From the NCBI GenBank assembly GCA_964411215.1, contig CAYPKC010000002.1:2099-34329 (forward strand): a DNA stretch of 32,231 nt, given 5' to 3'. This document shows positions 26,814-32,231 of this stretch, piece by piece. Source of the DNA: an uncultured Eggerthellaceae bacterium. GTDB lineage: Bacteria > Actinomycetota > Coriobacteriia > Coriobacteriales > Eggerthellaceae. The translations under genes and the position numbers were made by a program. The number at the start of each line of letters is the position of its first letter. Position 1 is the stretch's first letter. The notes under the pieces are model-generated. The model saw nothing but the letters and a program-made list of their open reading frames with translations, did no database searches and was not told where the DNA came from.

Positions 26814-27233
26814 ATGATTCAAGAGCTCGTCCATGATGAAGCCGTTCTTTCTACGCCGTGCGAAGCGGCCACAGCCGAAGATGCCGCGGTGGCACAAGAT
26901 TTGCTCGATACGTTTGAATCTCTTGAAGATGTCGCCTGCTTAGCTGCCAATCAAATTGGTGTGACGAAACAAATCGTTGTCTATCTTGACGAAAACAGCA
27001 AGCCTCAGGTCATGTATAACCCTGTGCTCAAGCGCGCTTTGTATCCGATCAAGGCGGAAGAAGAGTGCATGACGCTCAGCTATCCTGTCAAAGTCACACG
27101 CTACGGCAAGATCAACGTTGAGTTCGACATTCTGGAAGATGGCAAGCTGTATCACCGCAAGCGTGATTTCTCCGGCAATACGGCTCAAGCCATCCAGCAT
27201 GTGATCGACCACTGCAAGGGCAAGCTCGTTTAG
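26814..27233 (+). CDS. Peptide deformylase-like protein with altered catalytic motifs
   Basis: 139 aa, collinear with Def. Motif 1 GxGLAAxQ becomes ACLAANQ, motif 2 EGCLS becomes EECMTLS, and motif 3 QHExDH becomes QHVIDH (both His kept, catalytic Glu replaced by Val). Confidence 0.68.
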   Translation: MIQELVHDEAVLSTPCEAATAEDAAVAQDLLDTFESLEDVACLAANQIGVTKQIVVYLDENSKPQVMYNPVLKRALYPIKAEEECMTLSYPVKVTRYGKINVEFDILEDGKLYHRKRDFSGNTAQAIQHVIDHCKGKLV

Positions 27234-27263
27234 CGCTATAAACCCACGTTCCCGCACATCTTA

Positions 27264-27358
27264 TTAATGTCTGGCTGGGCGCTTAATGTCTAGCTGAACC
27301 CTTAATGCTTGGCTGAACGTTTAATGTCTGGCTGAGCGCCTAGTGTCTGGCTGAACGC
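27264..27358. repeat. Tandem repeat, 5 x 19 bp (consensus TTAATGTCTGGCTGAACGC)
   Basis: Units by start position: 27264 TTAATGTCTGGCTGGGCGC; 27283 TTAATGTCTAGCTGAACCC; 27302 TTAATGCTTGGCTGAACGT; 27321 TTAATGTCTGGCTGAGCGC; 27340 CTAGTGTCTGGCTGAACGC. The last unit is the final 19 nt of the minus-strand U32 gene, including its stop codon. Confidence 0.9.
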
Positions 27359-28584
27359 CGGAACTGCCGTGTGCGCACAAACGACCCCTCTTCTATCGCA
27401 AAGGGAGAGCGCACCACATAGAGATTCGTTGCGCGATTGGCCACACTGACCGGTTGCAGAAACTCTTCTTCGCAGAACCATTGCACATCTTGTATCACCA
27501 GCTGCCTTGTGGGCAGATGGGGCGAGACTATTTCCACCTCATCGCCTTCGCTAAACCTGTTTCGACAGCGCAAGGTAATGTCGAAGGTAGCGTTTTCGTC
27601 ACCCGGAGATGCATTGGCGCTGCAGTGGCATGAGACCACATCGGCAACGTGGACGGTTTCTTGCTCGTAGCCATCGTAATCGCAGGCTTGCTCAGGGTTG
27701 TCGAAATAGAAACCTTCGCTATAGGGCCTATGCGATATGACTGTCAGCTCTTCTGCGCACACTGCAGGGTCTTCGCCATCTAAAGCCCGGCGGTAAGCGC
27801 CCACAACACAGGCGACATAGAATGCCTTTTTGTTGCGCCCTTCTATCTTTATGGAATTGACGCCGGCCTCGCGCAGCTCATCGATATGCATGATCATGTT
27901 CAGGTCTTTCGCATTCATGATGAACGTCTTTTTGCCATCTTCTTCAATCGGAAAATGGACGCCGGGGCGCTTTTCTTCTTCCACGGTATAGGCCCAGCGA
28001 CACGGCTGCGTACAGTGGCCGAGATTTCCGGACCGCCCGGTCAGATATGAACTGATAAGGCATCTGCTGGAGACGGCCATGCATTGCGCGCCGTGGACAA
28101 ACGCTTCGATCTCTAAGTCGTCGGGAATGTTCTTCCGCATGTTCGCAATGTCGGCAAGCGTCATTTCCCGAGCGCACACAATGCGTTTCGCTCCAAGGTC
28201 ATGCCACATCTTGGCCGCCTCGGAATTCGCGACATTTGCCTGCGTGCTGACATGGATCGCGCAATTGGGCGCATAGGTGCGGGCAAGCGAGGCAACGCCA
28301 AGGTCGCCAATGATCAACGCGTCTGCCCCGGCATCTTCCACCGCTTGAAGATACGCCGGAAGGTGTGCAAGGTCGTCCTGCATGATCGTGACATTGCACG
28401 TCACATACACCCGCACACCTGCGGCATGAGCAAGCGCAATGCCTTCCGCCATTTCCGCGAAAGAAAAGTTGGCAGCACGGGCGCGCATACCGAACTTCTC
28501 ACCCGCGAGATACAGCGCATCAGCCCCAAAGCGAATCGCCGCTTGCAATTGTTCTTTTCCGCCTGCCGGTGCCAGAAGTTCCAC
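27340..28584 (-). CDS. Peptidase U32 family protein (RlhA/TrhP/YegQ-like, Fe-S type)
   Basis: Begins (V)ELLAPAGG..., typical of U32 proteins. Has the conserved Cys pattern HGAQCMAVSSRC-x17-CTQPCRW. Start reassigned to GTG 28584, 8 nt after AGAGAGG. The ORF-track start at 28710 would overlap ispD. Confidence 0.86.
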   Translation of the reverse strand: MELLAPAGGKEQLQAAIRFGADALYLAGEKFGMRARAANFSFAEMAEGIALAHAAGVRVYVTCNVTIMQDDLAHLPAYLQAVEDAGADALIIGDLGVASLARTYAPNCAIHVSTQANVANSEAAKMWHDLGAKRIVCAREMTLADIANMRKNIPDDLEIEAFVHGAQCMAVSSRCLISSYLTGRSGNLGHCTQPCRWAYTVEEEKRPGVHFPIEEDGKKTFIMNAKDLNMIMHIDELREAGVNSIKIEGRNKKAFYVACVVGAYRRALDGEDPAVCAEELTVISHRPYSEGFYFDNPEQACDYDGYEQETVHVADVVSCHCSANASPGDENATFDITLRCRNRFSEGDEVEIVSPHLPTRQLVIQDVQWFCEEEFLQPVSVANRATNLYVVRSPFAIEEGSFVRTRQFRRSARH

Positions 28585-28665
28585 GTGCCAGCCTCTCTTG
28601 AGATTTTTCTGTACGACGCAAGTATACTTATCGCAGACGAGATAATCCAAAGCAAGGATCAACCT

Positions 28666-29505
28666 ATGGCAAAGACAATAGACCCTGTTTTCACTCCGAA
28701 AACGCTGCAAGTTCCTGAGCTCTTAACGCAGATGATGAATGATGATCTTGATACGAAGCTGTCTGTCCAGCTTGTGGGTAAGCTCGATAAGAATCCAAAG
28801 ACCGCGGCAATCATCCTTGCGGGCGGAACCGGTGAGCGTTTTGGACGCGAAGGCGGAAAGCAGCTTGTCGAGATTGCAGGCAAGCCCATTTTGACGTGGT
28901 CGGCTGAAGCGTTTGACGCTGTTGGCGACATTGGACTTATTGTTGTCGTCTGCCCGGAAGATCGTCGCGACGAATACCTTAAGCGCGCCATTGATCCTTT
29001 CCCGTTTGTCACGCCGATCGTTTTGGCGAATTCAGGAAGCATCCGCCAAGAATCAGCCTATCTCGGTTTGGAAGCAGTCCCCGATGAGTTCGAGTTCGTT
29101 GTCATTCACGACGGTGCCCGCCCGTTGGTCACGCCAGAGCTCATCTTGCATACGATCAATACGGTAAAAGGCAATATCGATGCCGACGGTGCCGTTGTTG
29201 CGCATCCCGCCATCGATACGCTCAAAGTTGTCGAAGACGGAGCTATTGTGGGTACGCCTGACCGCCGCGTATTTTGGAATGCGCAAACGCCGCAGGTATT
29301 CCGCTCTGGCATTTACAGGCGTGCCCAAGCCTCTGCCCTCTCAGACGGTTTTGTAGGAACCGACGACTCTTCTCTCATTGAACGCTTGGGCGGCCGTGTG
29401 CTGGTCGTTGAGGGTAAGCGCGACAACATCAAGCTCACGGTGCCTGAAGACTACATCATGCTTGCCTCTGCGGTGCGCATGATGAAAGAAGACAAGGACA
29501 TGTAG
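28666..29505 (+). CDS. ispD: 2-C-methyl-D-erythritol 4-phosphate cytidylyltransferase
   Basis: AIILAGGTGERFG...KQL glycosyltransferase-A P-loop, VIHDGARPL, TLK, QTPQ. ATG 28666 follows AAGGA and gives an N-terminal extension of about 45 aa. The 434-aa ORF-track version runs antisense through the U32 gene. Confidence 0.9.
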   Translation: MAKTIDPVFTPKTLQVPELLTQMMNDDLDTKLSVQLVGKLDKNPKTAAIILAGGTGERFGREGGKQLVEIAGKPILTWSAEAFDAVGDIGLIVVVCPEDRRDEYLKRAIDPFPFVTPIVLANSGSIRQESAYLGLEAVPDEFEFVVIHDGARPLVTPELILHTINTVKGNIDADGAVVAHPAIDTLKVVEDGAIVGTPDRRVFWNAQTPQVFRSGIYRRAQASALSDGFVGTDDSSLIERLGGRVLVVEGKRDNIKLTVPEDYIMLASAVRMMKEDKDM

Positions 29506-30003
29506 ATGTCTTCTGAGAAAGCTTTGCGCATAGGGCTCGGCCTTGATGTCCATGCGTTTGCAGAACCAACTGCCGGGCGTCCTTTGATTATTGGCGGCGT
29601 GACCATTCCTTATGATCGCGGCCTTGACGGGCACTCTGATGCCGATGTGCTTGCCCATGCGATAGCAGATGCTTTGCTTAGCGCCGCCCGCATGGGAGAT
29701 ATCGGCAAGCTTTTTCCCGACACCGATCCTGCTTACAAAGATGCGGATTCGCTCGTTTTGCTGGCAGAAGCAGCGCGCGTCGTGCGAGAGGCCGGCTATG
29801 CCATCATTGATATCGATTGCGTAATAGCAGCTCAGGCGCCCAAGCTTTCTCCCTACCGAGATGACATGCGCGCAAAGCTTGCGCATGCGCTGCAGATTTC
29901 CGTTGACAACATTGGAGTGAAAGCTACGACAACTGAGCACCTTGGGTTCGAAGGACGTGGCGAAGGTATTTCCGCTTACGCGACGTGCCTACTCTCACGA
30001 TGA
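29506..30003 (+). CDS. ispF: 2-C-methyl-D-erythritol 2,4-cyclodiphosphate synthase
   Basis: [30 protein letters not shown] and [11 protein letters not shown] motifs. The start immediately follows the ispD stop (TAGATG). Confidence 0.95.
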   Translation: MSSEKALRIGLGLDVHAFAEPTAGRPLIIGGVTIPYDRGLDGHSDADVLAHAIADALLSAARMGDIGKLFPDTDPAYKDADSLVLLAEAARVVREAGYAIIDIDCVIAAQAPKLSPYRDDMRAKLAHALQISVDNIGVKATTTEHLGFEGRGEGISAYATCLLSR

Positions 30004-31512
30004 GCTGCCGAAGGTAACGCGTGCTCCTTGAGGAGTATCTTCAATCGTAAAGCCAAGGCCTGCCAGTCCATCGCGTACGGCATCCGCGACTGCCCAGTTC
30101 TTTTCTTTGCGTGCCTGCGCTCTGGCATCAAGAAGAACCTCAACCGCCTCATGCGTATCTGCGCCACTATAGCCGGCAATGTCTGCGGCAAGCGCAATGA
30201 CTTCTTCAGGATAATCAGATGCGGCGGCCTCGTCTGCTGCAAGATCAATGCCTAACACACCTAAAAGATTGACGATTTGATCGCGCGCCTTCGTTGCCGC
30301 TTGCGCATCTTCCTTGGAAAGCGTTTTGCCAGCAACGGCCGTATTGACTTCCCCCACCAAGGTAAAGATGGCGCCTAGGGCAGCCGGGGCATTGAAGTCG
30401 TCGTCCATTGATGCGGTAAATGACTCCGTGCATTCCGCCACTTTTGCGTCGAGCACATTGGCATCAAGCGCATTCGCGATTCCCTCTTCGGCGTTTGCGC
30501 ACAGCCAGTCAACGCTCTTGATCGTATTTTCAATGCGCGCAAGGGCAGCATCTGCTTCTTCAAGGCGCTCGGTTGAAAAATCAAGCGGGCTTCTGTAGTG
30601 CGTTTGCAGCATGAGCATACGAAGTGCTGCCGGCCTTGTTGTTTCTAAGACCTCGTGGAGCAGCAAGAAATTTCCAAGCGACTTGGACATCTTCTCGGCA
30701 TTGATTTGCAGCATGCCGGAATGCATCCAATGGTTGGCGAAGGTTTTTTCGTAGGCGCATTCGGATTGCGCGCATTCGTTTTCGTGGTGCGGGAAGATAA
30801 GGTCTTGACCGCCGCCATGAATGTCGAACGGCAGTCCCAAATATTTGGCAGACATGGCCGAGCATTCGATATGCCATCCTGGCCGTCCTTGCCCCCACGG
30901 AGAATCCCATGAAGGCTCGCCCGGCTTTGCCGCTTTCCACAAAGCGAAATCGAGCGGGTCGTGCTTTCTGTCCGCAACCGTCTCGTGCCCGTTCGCCTCA
31001 GCACGCAACTCGCGATGACCGGCTTCCATCTCATCAATGTTGCGCCCGGACAAAGAACCATAATGAGGGTCAGAGCGCACCGAGAAGTAGACATCGCCGT
31101 CTTCGACATAGGCATGCTCTTTATCGATGAGCGTCTGGACGAGCTCAATCATGGCATCCATTTCCTCGGTTGCGCGAGGGCGTATGGTGGGGTCGGCCAC
31201 GCCGGCTGCATGCATATCTTCGATGAACGCGTCCGTGTATTCGCGCGCCACCTCTTGGGCGGTGCGGCCTTCTTCGTTTGCCCGGTTAATGATCTTGTCA
31301 TCAACGTCGGTCACGTTTTGGACAAACGTGACGTTGAAGCCGCGCCACTCGAGATAGCGTCTGATGGTGTCAAACGAGATAAACGTGCGCGCATTGCCGA
31401 TATGAATGCGATTGTAGACGGTCGGTCCGCAAACATACATGCTCACTTCGCCTTCGCGAAGAGGTTCGAAATCCACTTTCTTGTGCATCTTGGTATCGTA
31501 GAGCCGTATCAT
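29995..31512 (-). CDS. cysS: Cysteine--tRNA ligase
   Basis: Class I signatures [17 protein letters not shown] (HIGH) and KMSKSLGN (KMSKS), plus the zinc-binding WHIECS. RBS AAGGAG. The 3' end overlaps ispF by 9 nt (convergent). Confidence 0.97.
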   Translation of the reverse strand: MIRLYDTKMHKKVDFEPLREGEVSMYVCGPTVYNRIHIGNARTFISFDTIRRYLEWRGFNVTFVQNVTDVDDKIINRANEEGRTAQEVAREYTDAFIEDMHAAGVADPTIRPRATEEMDAMIELVQTLIDKEHAYVEDGDVYFSVRSDPHYGSLSGRNIDEMEAGHRELRAEANGHETVADRKHDPLDFALWKAAKPGEPSWDSPWGQGRPGWHIECSAMSAKYLGLPFDIHGGGQDLIFPHHENECAQSECAYEKTFANHWMHSGMLQINAEKMSKSLGNFLLLHEVLETTRPAALRMLMLQTHYRSPLDFSTERLEEADAALARIENTIKSVDWLCANAEEGIANALDANVLDAKVAECTESFTASMDDDFNAPAALGAIFTLVGEVNTAVAGKTLSKEDAQAATKARDQIVNLLGVLGIDLAADEAAASDYPEEVIALAADIAGYSGADTHEAVEVLLDARAQARKEKNWAVADAVRDGLAGLGFTIEDTPQGARVTFGSSS

Positions 31513-31570
31513 GGGCGCTCCTTGAACTGAGGCGTGATCGCTGTGCCATTACCTGGAAGTGTCTATTATA

Positions 31571-31604
31571 AAAAATCCGCTGCCACAAAGGACAGCGGAT
31601 TTTT
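31571..31604 (-). terminator. Rho-independent terminator after clpC (symmetrical, potentially bidirectional)
   Basis: AAAAATCCGCTG / 10-nt loop / CAGCGGATTTTT. On the minus strand the stem is followed by TTTTTTATAAT. Confidence 0.8.
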
Positions 31605-31616
31605 GCGTGAATCTTC

Positions 31617-32231
31617 TTACTCGTTTCCTGACCCGAGCGCGCCTGCTGGCGTTGGCGTTGGATCAGGTGCCGATGGCTTTGACGGAGTAAACGATGCATT
31701 GCTCAAATCGTAATCCGTCAAAAGCAGCTCTGCCTCGCGTGCGATGGAATCACGCTTGCGCGGAGCAGGGATCTCTCCCGAGCCTTCCTTGAACACGAGC
31801 TTCTTGTCGTCGCCCTTGCCTTCGACATCAACATCGACAACCGAACCACTTACCCAGCGGCCTTCCAGAATCTGCTCGGAGATAGGATCTTCAATCATGC
31901 GCTGGATAGCGCGGCGCAGCGGACGTGCGCCATAGGTTGTGTCAACGCCTTCAGCCGCGATGAGCTCGACCGCTGCAGGCGTCAAGTTGATGGTCATGTT
32001 CTGGGCGATCATGCGGTCACGTAGATCTGCGATCATAAGCTCGACGATCTGGGAAATCTGTTCCTTGGTCAGGCTCTTGAAGACGATGATCTCATCGAGA
32101 CGGTTCAAGAACTCTGGTCTGAAGAGCTTTTTCATCTCAGACATAACGCGCGTCTTGATCTCGTCGTCTGACAGGCCTGATTGCCCGCTTGGCGAGAAGC
32201 CCAAAGACGTGGTGGCCGCAATATCGCGCGC
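31617..32231 (-). CDS. clpC: ATP-dependent Clp protease ATP-binding subunit (ClpC-like), C-terminal part (gene continues beyond window)
   Basis: The frame is open to the window end. AAA+ D2 sensor-2/small-domain motifs are present (FRPEFLNRLDEIIVF, YGARPLRRAIQRMIEDPISEQIL), followed by a Pro/Ser-rich tail. Confidence 0.85.
   Translation of the reverse strand, partial: ARDIAATTSLGFSPSGQSGLSDDEIKTRVMSEMKKLFRPEFLNRLDEIIVFKSLTKEQISQIVELMIADLRDRMIAQNMTINLTPAAVELIAAEGVDTTYGARPLRRAIQRMIEDPISEQILEGRWVSGSVVDVDVEGKGDDKKLVFKEGSGEIPAPRKRDSIAREAELLLTDYDLSNASFTPSKPSAPDPTPTPAGALGSGNE

Noticed and set aside
27264-27358. Possible CRISPR array
   Set aside because: The 19-bp units are directly abutting with no spacers. 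They are shorter than CRISPR repeats, and no cas genes are present.
28201-28665. N-terminal 155-aa extension of the ispD ORF (the ORF track gives 434 aa)
   Set aside because: The extension runs antisense through the 5' part of the U32 peptidase gene and has no homology signal. IspD homology and a proper RBS begin at ATG 28666.
29995-30003. 9-bp convergent overlap of the ispF and cysS 3' ends, plus other very short convergent gaps (11012..11033 and 17213..17238)
   Set aside because: This fits the generally compact gene packing of the window. No additional structure is visible.
1-32231. Mobile elements, prophage, toxin-antitoxin or defence islands
   Set aside because: I saw no integrase, transposase or recombinase-like ORFs, terminal inverted repeats, tRNA attachment sites or small paired ORFs. 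The accessory loci all look metabolic or cofactor-related.

Overview
Compact, gene-dense chromosomal window that looks like a Gram-positive anaerobe (GGAGG-type RBSs, frequent GTG/TTG starts, many 4-8 nt stop/start overlaps). An Actinomycetota/Coriobacteriia-like origin is only a guess, based on clpC, cysS and ispDF occurring together. I found no rRNA, tRNA, CRISPR array, transposase, integrase or recognisable defence gene. Housekeeping genes: P-type ATPase 3' end, K+-independent H+-pyrophosphatase, ilvE, class-II galT, thioredoxin, cyclophilin lipoprotein, U32 peptidase, ispD, ispF, cysS and the clpC 3' end. Three accessory loci stand out. (1) 18884-23453, minus strand: five genes joined by overlapping or abutting stop/start codons. 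A LigB/Memo-like::AMMECR1 fusion and an AmmeMemoRadiSam-type radical SAM enzyme are coupled to the nickel-pincer-nucleotide cofactor genes larE, larB and an N-terminal-domain-only larC. No larA is present in the window, and an MprF-like flippase-domain membrane protein follows. This is my best candidate for an undescribed functional link. (2) 12322-17212, plus strand: a CorA-like channel, an isopropylmalate-synthase-like protein with all metal/catalytic motifs substituted, and a xylose-isomerase-like TIM barrel fused to an acyl-CoA/AMP ligase, joined by ATGA overlaps. (3) 3131-7722, minus strand: an uncharacterised ATP-dependent activase with two HgdAB/DUF2229-like partner subunits and a YkgJ Cys-cluster protein, followed by ilvE. 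Smaller oddities are a 5 x 19 bp tandem repeat that duplicates the 3' end and stop codon of the U32 gene, a deformylase-like protein lacking the catalytic Glu, and an ABC importer with no ATPase gene. All product calls come from motif recognition in the supplied translations. No database search was run.
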